The position numbers and the translations under genes were made by a program. DNA of 64,000 bases from Mustelus asterias. Its lineage: Eukaryota. A model generated the notes under the pieces. It was not told where the DNA came from. It worked only from the letters and a program-made list of their open reading frames with translations, and did no database searches. Each line of letters starts with the position of its first letter. Positions within the stretch are counted from its first letter, which is position 1. Below are positions 12,954-26,233 of the stretch, piece by piece. The stretch spans positions 372,001-436,000 of the forward strand of contig NW_027590274.1 of assembly GCF_964213995.1 (NCBI RefSeq). The letters run 5' to 3'.

Positions 12954-13984
12954 GGTGCAGGTGTCTTTTCCTCTCTCTTCAGTTGAAGACTCATCCACAC
13001 ACAGAACAGTCTCCCCCCGCTGTGAATGGTGTGATATTTATTCAGGCTGTGTAACTGGTTCAAGCTCAGTGCACTGGAACACACTCACCCGAGTGTGGCA
13101 GCGTGTTGGCTCTTTTGCAGTCACACTGATGTTTGAAATCTTTTCAAGTCATCAGACCGGACAACCATTTCTCCTCGATTCAAAGGCTGATGATATTCAG
13201 CTCCCATGGAATATGACTCTGTCAGATCGAGACACAACGTTTGAGATTTCAGCCTGTGATTCCTCTTTCAGTATCCTGTAAAACAAGTTTACAGAGGTCA
13301 TCAGTGTCAGTACAGGATAGAAATTCAGAACACACAATTCTAGTTTCTATGGAACATTCTTTCCTCTCTCCAGACTCGAAACATTGGCTCTATTCTCTCT
13401 CTATCTGGGGGATAAATTGGGAAATGATGCTGCGGTAGATCAGCCAATTCTCAATGAATGGTTGAGGCAGTTCGATGGGCTGAATGGCCAACTGCAGCTC
13501 CTGTTTCTTATGATTTGTGTGTCCACGACAGGAAGCAGTGAGCATGGATCTGTCAATCAGCCTCAATCAGCACCTTCAGGAGAATTGGGAGGGTGAATAT
13601 TAGATACAGCAGAGTGAGAATGGAGGGAGAGTGAGTGGGATGGAGATTTACAGCTTTTGGGGAACGAGAGAGGAAAGAATGTTCATTAGAATCATAGAAT
13701 TCCTACATCTTATCAACCGTCCCTGAGCTTTCACAATGAATCGCTCTTCTCAGGACACTCTTATCTCTGACTTGTCTGTGCTGCTCGCAGTCTCACAAAG
13801 CAGCTGCCTGTGTGTTGACACAAGGGGCCCTGCGAGGCAAGTTTAATGCTCCATGACTGTGTCTTTAATGACTGAATAACGATAGGAATATGGTCAAGTC
13901 AGCTAAATCACATGATGCTTTATATTTCGGTTAGTAACTGTCCATTTTGTTAACATAGCACATTTGGATATATAAATACATATA

Positions 13985-14155
13985 AAGGCAAAATATTGCG
14001 GATGCTGGAAAAAACAAAAACAGAAAATGCTGGAAAATGTCAGCAGGTCTGACAGCATCTGTGGAGAGAGAGTAGAGCCAACATTTAAAGTCTGGATGAC
14101 CCTTGTTCTGACAAAGGGTCATCCAGACTCAAAATGTTAGTCTATTCTCTCTCTA
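13985..14155. repeat. Palindromic Penelope-type terminal-repeat fragment
   Basis: agtctggatgacccttg...caaagggtcatccagact inverted arms; related fragments at ~26520, 27520-27565, 32735-32845, 37060-37185, 38275-38395. Confidence 0.6.
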
Positions 14156-14329
14156 TAAATATACATACGACAGCTGCCTCAGGCTTGGCCCACTCTAACT
14201 CGCTGCAAAAGGAGATTACAAGAGTCATGTGTCAATTGTGGCTTGAAATTAAGAAATACACATTTTTTGGGGGGTTTGAGATTGCTGTCAAAATCCTCTT
14301 CTAACCATCTGTAAAAGGAAATTCCAAAA

Positions 14330-14660
14330 TCACAGAATCTCTGCAGTGCAGAAGGAGGCCTTTTAGCCCATCGAGTCTGCACCAAGTTTCTAACAGAGCA
14401 CCTTTACTCAGGCCCTATCCCTGTAACCTGATGTACGTACATCACTAATCCTTTCCTTCCCCCTCATCTTGGGACACAAAGGGACACTTTAGCACGGTCG
14501 ATCAACCCACTCTTTGGAGTGTGGGAGGAAACCAGAGCAACCAGAGGAAACCCACACAGAGGGAGAATGTGCAAACTCCATACAGACAATCACCCGAGGC
14601 TGGAATTGAACCGGGTCTCTGGCGCTTTGAGACAGAAGTGCTAACCACTGTGTCACCCCC
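14330..14660 (-). mobile_element. HE1-type SINE
   Basis: Same head, V-domain and tail as other copies. Confidence 0.8.
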
Positions 14661-14869
14661 AACAGTCATTTGTCAGACCTGAATATAAATCCATAACATT
14701 CTCCCCTCCTGTTTTCTAGCATAAGATTACTTAAGATGGAATATACTTACATTGGAAGCAATTCAGACAAGGTTCACTCGCTGATTTTGGGCATGAAGGG
14801 GTCTGTTTTTTGAGGAAAGGTTAGGCAGGGTGCATCTATGCTCATTGGATTTTAGATAAATGAGATGAG

Positions 14870-15328
14870 TGTTGGAGTGAAACTAAGACTGCGACCTTTG
14901 AAAGTTAATGCGTACGGGACTGGCTGTGCCCAGCACTTATCCTGTGGTTAACAAAGATCATTCTGTTGCTGACTAAATAACGAACTAACCTTTGAGCTAC
15001 ATCCTGTTATTGTATAAAAAATACGGAACAGACAAAAAAAACCAGACCGCGAGGTCCAGATGGTCGGCTGAGCTTAAGATAAAGGGGAACTGAAACAATA
15101 AGTTGTGGGTTTTTGTTCACGGTTGTTTTTGAAGGAATGTGATTGGAGGTCAATTGTTGCTAGGGGAGCCCAATTGGCTAAGTACAGGTAACCACCCAAA
15201 GCTAATGACGAAGTAACCGCTAATGTCTGTATGATCAAAGTGTATAAAAGACGGCGAGCCGCCGCTCCAAATTGAGAAGGTGAAAGGCAGCATCCATTAA
15301 CCCGGCCTGTCAGTCAATGACTCAAACA
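14870..15328 (+). mobile_element. Probable solo LTR
   Basis: tgtt...aaca termini, CCAAT (~15170) and TATAAAA (~15243); no TSD found. Confidence 0.45.
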
Positions 15329-15333
15329 TTGTC

Positions 15334-15720
15334 TCACCTGGTCACCCAAATCCTGAAGCTCCGCCCACCGGCTGCGCATGCGCTCTGCTCCCCGCTAAAC
15401 AAAGATGGCGGCCACGGCACCGGGTCTGATCCCGGATAAAATCCACGGAGCTGCAAACCCGGGACCGGAAGGCTCTTATTCAGACCTTGCGGCCTACAGC
15501 AGATGTTTATGAAGCCTCTGTTCCCTCCCCACCCCCGACACCCGCTCCATTCCTCCCTCCGCCGCACCGATTCTCACCCCTTGAAACAAGCGTCTCCCGG
15601 ACTCGCGGGCTCCGAGCAAAGTGACACTGCGCATGCCCCAGATACAGCGCTGCGCCTGCGTACCGGGCTCCTGTGGAGTGAATAGGGCACTTTCACACCC
15701 GCAGCGAATGCTGGGCAATA
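15334..15720 (-). promoter_or_regulatory. CpG-island promoter, candidate first exon for ZNF-B
   Basis: NRF1 gcgcatgcgc (~15374), YY1-type aagatggcggc (~15402), minus-strand donor cag|gtgag at ~15334-15340. Confidence 0.6.
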
Positions 15721-15769
15721 ACCGCCATTGAAACTTCACAGTTAGTTCAAAATAACATTGTTAGCATTT

Positions 15770-16335
15770 AGAACATAGAACAGTACAGCACAGAACAGGC
15801 CCTTCGGCCCACGATGTTGTGCCGAGCTTTATCTGAAACCAAGATCAAGCTATCCCACTCCCTATCATCCTGGTGTGCTCCATGTGCCTATCCAATAACC
15901 GCTTAAATGTTCCTAAAGTGTCTGACTCCACTATCACTGCAGGCAGTCCATTCCACACCCCAACCACTCTCTGCGTAAAGAACCTCCTCTGATATCCTTC
16001 CTATATCTCCCACCATGAACCCTGTAGTTATGCCCCCTTGTAATAGCTCCATCCACCCGAGGAAATAGTCTTTGAACATTCACTCTATCTATCCCCTTCA
16101 TCATTTTATAAACCTCTATTAAGTCTCCCCTCAGCCTCCTCCGCTCCAGAGAGAACAGGCCGAGCTCCCTCAACCTTTCCTCATAAGACCTACCCTCCAA
16201 ACCAGGCAGCATCCTGGTAAATCTCCTCTGCACTCTTTCCAGCACTTCCACATCCTTCTTATGGTGAGGTGACCAGAACTGCACACAATATTCCAAATGT
16301 GGTCTCACCAAGATCCTGTACAGTTGCAGCATAAA
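15770..16335 (-). mobile_element. CR1 LINE 3' fragment
   Basis: ORF 15934-16332; 3' UTR nearly identical to the copy ending at ~23897. Confidence 0.92.
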
Positions 16336-16809
16336 GGTAAATGACTGAAATATTGAGAATTGGTGATATGCTGTGCTCTATTTTTCAAAGTTCTGCTGCA
16401 GGACCATGCAATGGTTTCAAAACTTTTATACCGTTTCCCCCTCACTCCTCCCTTTATGGTGCTGATTCTGGCTGGGTTCAATTGCACAGTCACTGGTTCT
16501 TCTCTCTGTCACTGGTACTGAATATTCACTCTTTTAGAGAATGATACAGCATAAATAGAAACCATTTGGCCCATTATGTCTCTGCTGGCTCTCTGGAAGA
16601 TCTATCCAATTAATTCCACAGCCCGGCTGGTCGAGTCAGAACAATGCATAGCTGCTGTAGTAATCTGAGACCTTAATGGAAAAGGGTTTCCACAGTTAAG
16701 CATACCAGGTGGCTGGTAGAATTTAATTGAATGTTTCTGCAGATCCCATATACTGCAGTGACATTATCCTAAAGGGCCAAGGGAGTATTCCAGTGTGTTA
16801 ACCGGAATA

Positions 16810-17100
16810 CTCCAGGGCACAACCTCAGACTAAAGGGACGATCCTTTAAAACAGAGATTAGGAGGAATTTCTTCAGCCAGAGAGTGGTGAATCTGTTGGA
16901 ACTCTTCGCCACAGAAGGCTGTGGAGGCCAGGTCATTGAGTGGCTTCCACAGAGATAGATAGGTTCTTGATTAATAAGGGGATCAGGGGTTATGGGGAAA
17001 AGGCAGGAGACTGGGGATGAGGAAAATATCAGCCATGATTGAATGGCAGATCAGACTCGATGGGCCGAGTGGCCTAATTCTGCTCCTATGTCTTATGGTC
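16810..17100 (+). mobile_element. CR1 LINE 3' end
   Basis: Matches tails at 6970-7248 and 1535-1830. Confidence 0.8.
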
Positions 17101-17559
17101 AAGAGTGGATGAATGTTGGAATTACAAAAAAGCATTCATATTCTGAATCTTCATAGTTATCACTTGTCTGCGATGTTTCAATATGAAAGAATCCCATGTA
17201 CTTGTCAGGTGAGAGGTCATGTCCAATAGACCTGTGAAAGACCTGTTAGATTACACTGGGGTTTATGTGATCAGGTCTTGGTTAAATGAACAAGGTCCGT
17301 ATCAGACTGGAGCTGTGTCTTTGATTCTCCACAACAGTTGTAGGTAGTATCCTTACTAAATATCCACCACAAACAAAATAGTCCGGAGGTCTGAGGTTAT
17401 TGTGATCACAGCCCTTCAAATTGGATGCATAAATTCTTTCCCACACGGAGCAGGTGAATGGCCTTTTCCTATGTGTGTACATTGAGGAGGCAGTGGCATA
17501 GTGATATTGTCACTAGCACAGTAATCCAGAGACCCCAGGGCAATGCTCTGACCATGAAA

Positions 17560-17975
17560 CCATAGAATCATAGAAACACTACAGTACAGAAAGAGGCCAT
17601 TCGGCCCATCGAGTCTGCACCGACCACAATCCCACCCAGGCCCTACCCCCATATCCCTACATATTTTACCCACGAATCCCTCTAATCTACACATCCCAGG
17701 ACACTAAGGGGCAATTTTAGCACGGCCAATTGCTGATTGCTCACTAACGTCCTCTGGGGAAGGAAATCTGCTGTCCCTCTCCCCACCCTATACCCATAAC
17801 CCATACATTTAGCATGGCCATTCCACCGAGCACATCTTTGGAGTGTGGAAGAAACCGGAGCACACGGAGGAAATCCACACAGACACAGAAAGAATGTGCA
17901 AACTCCACACAGGTTGAAATTGAACTCAGGTGTCTGGATCTGTGAGGCAGCAGTGCGAATCGCCATGCCACCTTG
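17560..17975 (-). mobile_element. HE1-type SINE(s), composite
   Basis: Tail gaggccattcggcccatcgagtctgcacc and head gcagtgcgaatcgccatgccacc. Confidence 0.75.
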
Positions 17976-17994
17976 CTGCCCAAATAGGAGACCA

Positions 17995-18450
17995 AAAGTC
18001 TCCTTGGGAGACACCAAGTTCAAAGACTTTGGAGAGGAAAGGGAGGCTGGAGATGGGGCCATAATTTGCAAGCAAAGTGGGATCAAAGGGTTTTTTTTCA
18101 GAAAGGGTGATGTTTGTGTATTTAAAAATGAGAGGAACAAAACGAGAAGAGAGGGAGAGAATCATTAACAATGTCAGCCAATATGGGGAAGTTGGATGGT
18201 CGGCAATTTAGTGGAAATGGAGTCAGGGCAAAACAGGAAAGAAACTGTTGAAAGATGTGGGTTCAGGGCTCAGACAGGGAGAGGCTTTAGATACATTAGT
18301 TTGGCTCAGTGGGAGGGTGGAAGAGAGGGAAGCAGCAGGGGCAGCTGAATGGGTTGGCTCAATCCTAGTAACAAAGAAGCTCCATGAGTTCATCACACTT
18401 TTTGTTGGGGGTCAGGATGGAGGAGACAGGGGAGAGGGAGAGCCATTCGA
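17995..18450 (-). mobile_element. L2-clade LINE RT fragment
   Basis: KKPFDPTLLANYGPISSLPFLSKVFE peptide typical of L2 RT. Confidence 0.75.
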
Positions 18451-18643
18451 AAGGAATGGACTTGAGTCAGAAATAATAAAAAGTTTCAACAAATTGTTTG
18501 TTTAACATAAAAGCAGATTTATTTGACTTTCATCCAGGACATTAGTATTTATTTGTGGGCTCAAATTTATTTACATCAGAGGCGAATGACCACAATCAAC
18601 ATGTTTGTGATTTGTGATAAACAGCAGAATCAAACTCCAGCAG

Positions 18644-19840
18644 TCACTTGTCAACTCGCTGATGGCTCAACAGGTTGTATTTCTGAGTGAATCCCTTTCC
18701 ACATTTGGAGCAGGTGAACGGCCTCTCCCCAGTGTGAATTCGCTGGTGGACAGAGAGTTGGGATGGTCGCCTGAACCCAGTCCCGCAGTGAGTGCACTTG
18801 AACGGTCTCTCATCAGTGTGACCACGTTGATGAGACATCAGATCACTGCAGCTTTTATAGCATTTCCCGCAGTCTGGACATTTAAAAGGTCTCTCCTCAC
18901 TGTGAACACGTTGATGGGACACTAGATTGCTGGAACTTTTACAGCACTTCCCGCAATCTGGACATTTAAACGGTCTCTCATCGGTGTGAACTTGCTGATG
19001 TGCCATGAGGTGTGATGTCCGAGTGAATCCCTTCCCACAGTCGGTGCAGGTGAACGGCCGCTCCCCAGTGTGAATTCGCTGGTGTTCAGTGAGTTGAGAT
19101 GACCACCTGAACCCAGTCCCGCAGTGAGAGCACCTGAACGGTCTCTCATCAGTGTGAACACGTTGATGGAACATTAGTTCTCTGGAACCTCTATAACACT
19201 TCTCGCAGTCTGGGCATTTAAATGGTCTCTCCTCAGTGTGAACACGTTGATGGAACATCACTTCCTTTAAACTTTTATAGCACTTGCCACATTCTGGACA
19301 TTTAAATGGTCTTTCCTCTGTGTGAACTCGCTGGTGTGTCTGCAGTGTAGATGACTGAGTGAATCCCTTCCCACACTCGGAGCAGGTGAATGGTCTCTCT
19401 CCCTTGTGAACCCGCTGGTGTCTCAGCAGGTTGAATGACTGCGTGAATCGCATCCCACATTCAGAGCAGGTGAATGGCTTCTCCCCAGTGTGAGTGCGCT
19501 GGTGTGTCAGCAGGTTAGATGATTGAGTGAATCCCTTTCCACACTCGGAGCACATAAATGGCCTCTCTCCAGTGTGAACTCGCTGGTGTGTCAGCAGGGT
19601 GGATGACTGAGTGAATCCTCTCCCACACTCAGAGCAGGTGAACAGCCTCTCCCCAGTGTTACTGTATTGGTGAATTTCCAGCTCAGACAGGTCTCTGAAT
19701 CCTTCCCCACATTTCCACGGTTTCTCCTCAGTGTGACTGCACTTGTGTCTTGACAGAGCAGATGATTGTCTGAATCCTTGTCCACACACAGAACACGTGT
19801 ACAGTTTTGCCCCATTGTGAACGGTGGTTTTCCCTTCCAT
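18644..19840 (-). CDS. C2H2 zinc-finger protein, 14 finger units (12 canonical), no KRAB seen (ZNF-C)
   Basis: Open frame from ATG at 19840 (in-frame TGA just upstream); acceptor tttcacag at ~19950; finger 2 lacks a Cys, last finger has His to Asp. Confidence 0.9.
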   Translation of the reverse strand: MEGKTTVHNGAKLYTCSVCGQGFRQSSALSRHKCSHTEEKPWKCGEGFRDLSELEIHQYSNTGERLFTCSECGRGFTQSSTLLTHQRVHTGERPFMCSECGKGFTQSSNLLTHQRTHTGEKPFTCSECGMRFTQSFNLLRHQRVHKGERPFTCSECGKGFTQSSTLQTHQRVHTEERPFKCPECGKCYKSLKEVMFHQRVHTEERPFKCPDCEKCYRGSRELMFHQRVHTDERPFRCSHCGTGFRWSSQLTEHQRIHTGERPFTCTDCGKGFTRTSHLMAHQQVHTDERPFKCPDCGKCCKSSSNLVSHQRVHSEERPFKCPDCGKCYKSCSDLMSHQRGHTDERPFKCTHCGTGFRRPSQLSVHQRIHTGERPFTCSKCGKGFTQKYNLLSHQRVDK

Positions 19841-20529
19841 GCTCAAGGTTCAGTTATATTCAGGTTACAATAAATTGGGCAACTCAGTCAGATCCTGATG
19901 TGATGTTTGGTTTGAGTTTCCTGACTGCAAATCCTCCCCTTCTAAAACCCTGTGAAATTGATTTAAAACAGAAAAGAGGGAGTGAGAGAGAATCCACAAA
20001 AACACAAAAGCAGGTTGTGAAATTGAGCTGAATGAATCTGGTCATTTGTGGGGCCGGCACCAGGAAAACATTACCATGGAAACTGCTGGATTGTCATAAA
20101 ACCTCAACTGGTTCACTAATGTCTGCCAGGGAAGGGAATCTGCCATCCAGTCTGGGACTACACAAGGCTCTGGCCTCTATGGATGGAGAGAGAGATGGGG
20201 GCATCTACAACTCAGCCAGAGATTTGAACCTTAAAACCGTTAACCTGCCCACCGAGAAGGATCAGGGTAAGGGGTGTATGTGAACACCATCATCTTCACG
20301 TTTTTCTCCAACTTTACACACCTCCCTTGTCTGACATCCAGGACTGGATGAGCAGTAATTGCCTTTGTTAAATATTGGAAGATGAAGGCTATCATCTCCA
20401 GCCCTGCAACAAATTCCACTTCCTAACCACTGACTCCATCTGTCCCCATTGCGACTGTCTGAGGCTGAACCGGAGTATTCACAACCTCAGTGACATGTTT
20501 CACTTCAAACTGAGCTTCCAAACATATCC

Positions 20530-21325
20530 TCATAGAATCTACAGCACGGAGACAGGCCCTTCGGCCCAAACTGGACAATGCCCACCAAAAATGCCCATGT
20601 AAGCAAACTCCATTTGGCCCATATCCCTCTAAACCTTTCCTATCCATGTACCTGTCCAAATGCCTTTTAAATGTTGTCAATGTCCCTGCCTCAACCACTC
20701 CCTCCGGCAGCTCATTCCACACCTGTACCACCCTCTGTGTAAAAAAGCTGCTCCTCAGGTTCCCATTAATTCATTTCCCTCTTAACTTAAACTTATGCCC
20801 TCTAATTCTTAATTCCCCAACCCTGGGAAAAAGACTGAGTGCATTCAACCTATCCATGCCTCTGATGATCTTACACACCTCTATAAGATCACCCCTCAGT
20901 CTCCTACGCTCCAAAGAAAAAAGTCCTAACTCATCCAATCTCTCCCTATAACTTGAGTCCTGGTAACATCCTTGTAAATCTCTTCTGCACTCTCTCCAGT
21001 TTAGTAACATCTTTCCAAATCAAGGTGACCAAAACTGAGCACAATATTCCAGGTGCAGCCTCACCAAAGTCCTGTACAACTGCAACATAACTTCCCAACT
21101 CCTATACTCAATGCCCTGACTGATAAAGGCCAGCATGTCAAAAGCCTTCTTCACTGCCCTATCTACACGTGACGCCATCTTAAGAGAACCGTGCACCTGA
21201 ACTCCAAAGTCCCTCTGTTCCACGATACTCCCTGAGGTCCTCCCATTCACCGTGAAAGTTCTACCTTGGTTTGACTTCCCATGATGCAACACCTCACACT
21301 GATCTGTATTGAACTCTATTTGCCA
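20530..21325 (-). mobile_element. CR1 LINE 3' fragment
   Basis: Frameshifted ORFs with LVRLHLEYCAQFWSP, LERRRLRGDLIEV. Confidence 0.9.
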
Positions 21326-21407
21326 CATCACCACCTTCACTACCTATTTCCACCTCAGTGACATCGCCCCACTTTGTCCTGGCCTCAGCTCACCTGCTGC
21401 TGAAACC

Positions 21408-23897
21408 AGGTGGAGGAAGAAATTGCTAAGCAGATTATGGATAGGTGTGGGGGGCACAGGGTAGTTGTCATGGGGGACTTTAACTTTCCAAATATTGATT
21501 GGAACCTTTGTAGGTCGAATAGTTCGGATGGGGCATTTTTTGTGCAGTGTGTGCAGGAGGGTTTCCTGACACAATATGTGGATAGGCCGACAAGAGGTGG
21601 GGCCACAGTGGATTTGGTACTGGGAAATGAACCGGGCCAAGTGTTAGATTTGGTTGTGGGAGAGCACTTTGGAGATAGTGACCACAATTCGGTGTCTTTT
21701 GTTATTGCAATGGAGAGGGATAGGGCCTTACGGCAGGGCAAGGTTTATAATTGAGGGAGAGGTAATTATGATGCGATTAGGCAAGAATTAGGGGGCATAA
21801 GTTGGGAACAGAAACTGTCGGGGAAAGGCACTAATGAAAAGTGGAACTTTTTCAAGGAACAAATACTGGGTGTCCTTGATAGGTATGTCCCTGTCAGGCA
21901 GGGAGGAAATGGCCGAGTGAGGGAACCATGGTTCACAAAAGAGGTGGAATGTCTTGCAAAAAGGAAGAGGGAAGCTTATGAGGAAACAAGGTTCAGATGG
22001 CTCGATTGAGGGTTACAGGTTAGCAAGGAATGAGCTGAAAAAGGGGCTTAGGAGAGCTAGGAGGGGGCATGAGAAGTCCTTGGCGGGTCGGATCAAGGAA
22101 AACCCCAAGGCTTTTTACTCTTATGTGAGGAATAAAAGAATGACCAGGGTGAGGTTAGGGCCGGTCAAGGACAGTAGTGGGAACTTGTGTATGGAGTCAG
22201 TAGAGATAGGAAAGGTGATGAATGAATACTTTTCTTCAGTGTTCACCAAGGAGAGGGGTCATGTTTTTGAGGAAGAGAAGGTGTTACAGGCTAATAGGCT
22301 GGAGGAAGTAGATGTTCGGCGGGAGGATGTACTAGCAGTTTTGAATAAACTGAAGGTCGATAAGTCTCCTGGGCCTGATGAAATATATCCTAGGATTCTT
22401 TGGGAGGCAAGGGATGAGATTGCAGAGCCTTTGGCTTTGATCTTTGGGTCCTCACTGTCCACGGGGATAGTGCCAGAGGACTGGAGAGTGGTGAGTGTTG
22501 TTCTTCTGTTTAAGAAAGGGAATAGAAATGACCCTGGTAATTATAGGCCGGTTAGTCTTACTTCGGTGGTTGGTAAGTTGATGGAAAAGGTCCTTAGGGA
22601 CGGGATTTACGACCATTTAGAAAGATGCGGATTAATCCGGGATAGTCAGCACGGATTCGTGAAGGGCAAGTCGTGCCTCACAAATTTGATAGAATTTTTT
22701 GAGGAGGTAACTAAGTGTGTTGATGAAGGTAGGGCAGTTGATATCATATACATAGATTTTAGTGAGGGGTTTGATAAAGTCTCCCATGGTCAGCTTATGA
22801 TGAAAGTGAGGAGGTTGGGATAGACGGAAAGTTGGCCGATTGGATAGGTAACTGGCTGTCTGATCGAAGACAGAGGGTGGTGTTGAATGGAAAATTTTCG
22901 GACTGGAGGCAGGTTGCTAGCGGAGTGCCACAGGGATCAGTGCTTGGTCCTCTGTTAGTTGTGATGTTTATTAATGACCTAGAGGAGGGGGCTGAAGGGT
23001 GGATCAGTAAATTTGCTGATGACACCAAGATTGGTGAAGTAGTGGATGAGGTGGAGGGCTGTTGTAGACTGCAAAGAGACATAGATAGGATGCAAAGCTG
23101 GGCTGAAAAATGGCAGATGGAGTTTAACCCTGATAAATGTGAGGTGATTCATTTTGGTAGGACAAATTGAAATGTGGATTCCAGGGTCAAAGGTAGGTTT
23201 CTGAAGACTGTGGAGGAACAGCGAGATCTTGGGGTCCATATCCACAGATCTCTGAATGTTGCCACTCAAGTGGATAGAGCTGTGAAGAAGGCCAATAGTG
23301 TGTTAGCTTTTATTAACAGGGGTTGGAGTTTAAATGCCGTGGGGTTATGCTGCAACTGTACAGGACCTTGGTGAGACCACATTTGGAATATTGTGTGCAG
23401 TTCTGGTCACCTCACTATAAGAAGGATGTGGAAGCGCTGGAAAGAGTGCAGAGGAGATTTCCCAGATGCTGCCTGGTTTGGAGGGTAAGTTTTCTGAGGA
23501 AAGATTGAGGGAGCTTGGGCTGTTCTCTCTGGAGCGGAGGAGGTTGAGGGGAGACTTAATAGAGGTTTATAAAATGATGAAGGGGATAGATAGAGTGAAC
23601 GTTCAAAGACTATTTCCTCGGGTGGATGGAGCTATTACAAGGGGGCATAACCATAGGGTTCATGGTGGGAGATATAGGAAGGATGTCCGAGGTAGGTTCT
23701 TTACACAGAGAGTGGTTGTGGTGTGGAATGGACTGCCTGCAGTGATAGTGGAGTCAGACACTTCAGGAACATTTAAGCGGTTATTGGATAGGCACATGGA
23801 GCACACCAGGATGATAGGGAGTGGGATAGCTTGATCTTGGTTTCAGATAAAGCTCGGCACAACATCGTGGGCCGAAGGGCCTGTTCTATATTCTATG
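21408..23897 (+). mobile_element. CR1 LINE, ~2.5 kb ORF2 (endonuclease end plus RT), disrupted
   Basis: MGDFNFPNIDW and SDHN endonuclease motifs, NYRPVSLTS, QHGF, FADD; stops and frameshifts; 3' tail. Confidence 0.95.
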
Positions 23898-23899
23898 TC

Positions 23900-24650
23900 T
23901 GACTTACTCAGTTAATGGTAGGTGTTGGGGAGAGTTATAGCACAAAGAGATCTAAGGGTACATGTTCATAGCTCCTTGAAAGTGGAGTCACAGGTGGACA
24001 GAGTGGAGAATAAGGCATTCGGCATGCTTGGTTTCATTGGTCAGAACATTGAATACAGGAGTTGGGACATCTTGTTGAAGTTGTACAAGACATTGGTAAG
24101 GCCACACTTGGAATACTATGTACAGTTCTGGTCACCCTATTATAGAAAGGATATTATTAAACTAGAAAGAGTGCAGAAGAGATTTACTAGGATGCTACCA
24201 GACTTGATGGTTTGAGTTATAAGGAGAGGCTGGATAGACTGGGGCATTTTTCCTCTGGAGCTTAGGAGGCTGAGGTTGATGTTATAGAGGTCTATAAAAT
24301 AATGAGGGGCATAGGTCAGCTGGATAGTCAATATCTTCTCCCAAAGGTAGGGGAGTCTAAAACTAGAGGGCATAGGTTTAAGGTGAGAGGGGAGAGTTAG
24401 AAAAGTGTCCAGAGGGGCAATTGTTTTGCACAGAGGGTGGTGAGTGTCTGGAACAAGCTGCCAGAGGTAGTAGTAGAGGGGGGTACAATTTTGTATTTCA
24501 AAAAGCATTTAGACAGTTACATGGGTAAAATGGGTATAGAGGAATATGGACGAAATGTGGACAATTGGGACGAGCTCAGGGGTTTTAAAAAAAGGGTGGC
24601 ATGGACAAGTTGGGCCGAAGGGTCTGTTTCCATGCTGTAAACCTCTATGC
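23900..24650 (+). mobile_element. CR1 LINE 3' fragment
   Basis: [15 protein letters not shown] and tail gggccgaagggtctgtttcc. Confidence 0.9.
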
Positions 24651-25041
24651 CTGTTTGCCCTGGATCAAACTGACACCCAGGAACTCCCAAATGCTGCAGC
24701 TTGAATGTGTACTAATAAACTATTTATTTTATCCAATGATAATTTATTTTTGTTTTTAAGTATTTTATTAACCTTACCACCTGTTGCTATACTATTTTGA
24801 TCCTTAGGAACAGAATAAATCTTAGTTACTTAGCAGATACTCACCAAAAATCTGGCTTCTTCTCCTGTCGAAGAGTAAGATCACTTCCTAAAGGCTGAGA
24901 AAGTTAGAAAGCAAAAGGGCACCTCTTTCCCTTCCTTCCCTAACTCCGTTAATTACCCAACTCCCAGAACTCTATTCTAAGCTGCGCAAGTGATGCCGGT
25001 TCAGAGCTGTTTCTGAGCTGTAGATTCAATACAATACTCAC

Positions 25042-26233
25042 TTGCAGACAGGGACATGAAGGCCTGTATGGGTCTCCAGGCCACCATGCACACATCATGA
25101 TAGGGAGGATGGAGATGGTGTTGCCAGCCATGTACATGATGAACAGATTCATGGGCAGCTGTTTCAATGGGCCCAAGGCGGTGTCTCAGCAGGACTGAAA
25201 ACAGAAAGTGAGCAGGGTATCAGTAAAGGGGGCCGGTTAGGGGAGGCCATATACTGATCTTATATCCAGGCCTGGAAGTAAGGATGACCATTAACCCTTT
25301 AACACACAGGCTGCTGTGGTTCACCAAGGTACTTCACCACCGTGGACAAACCAGGGGCGTTGTCAACCACACACTAAAGACACATTCAAATCCAACTTAC
25401 TTTCTCGACCAGGATCTTGTCTGTTTCTTGGATGCAGATGTCCGGGAGCTGTTTGTCCGAATATGCGACTGGGTGCATGGAGTCTCTCTGGCCACACTGT
25501 TGATCACGGCTCCTATGAGAAACAGAAAACACAAATTGGTCACCCTTTCAAGACCTTCTTTAAAGAGGGAGTCTCTCTGTTGAGGACCCCAACGTGGTGG
25601 CAATAGTGCCAGCACGAACTAAAGCTTGGGCAAACCTCAGACACACACTGCCATTGTGTCCACTGAACTGCCACAGGAATGGAGGGCTGCAGAAGTGGAT
25701 TTAGTGTGAATTGATAATCAGGGTGCCAATCCACTTACCCTCCATTTAGGGACAAAGTGACAAATCACCAGAAGTACCAAATTGTATCTTGAAAACAAAC
25801 ACTGCGGGACATTGAGAGAGATCCAGTTCAGCACCCGGCCCTGGAAACGAGCAATCGTTCCTCCAACCACCACCGCAGTTGGCACCTGATCAGGTGGAGG
25901 GGCTGAAACCAAAAGGGCATCTCAGGGTCATGACCTGGGGAAAAGATGCCAAGTGGGGTCTGAGTGGTTTCTGGGGGATTTGAGGGGCTGCTTTGTGATC
26001 AGGAGCTCGGTGAGGGGTAAAAGAGGCGCGAAAAACCCGGGGTTGGGAAGTTTTGGGTTGGTGCCACGTCCCCGGGTCAGTGTGCGGTGGCGTCCCCTCG
26101 GGAGATGCGGGCTGACCCGGCTTGTCGCTTACTCGAGACCCCGGCTCCCCGCGCGGCCTCCGCACCTGCTGGTGCCGCTCAGGGTCCGCTTGCGCCAGCA
26201 CGCGCGGTTGTCAAGCCCCGCCCCTGCAGCCAT
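25042..26233 (-). pseudogene. EMC4: Duplicated (intron-containing) EMC4 pseudogene, exons 1-3
   Basis: Exons 26233-26133, 25512-25401 ([28 protein letters not shown]) and 25194-25042 ([29 protein letters not shown]) with GT-AG and matching phases; exon 3 has Trp to TGA and a 1-nt frameshift; later exons not found. Confidence 0.92.
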
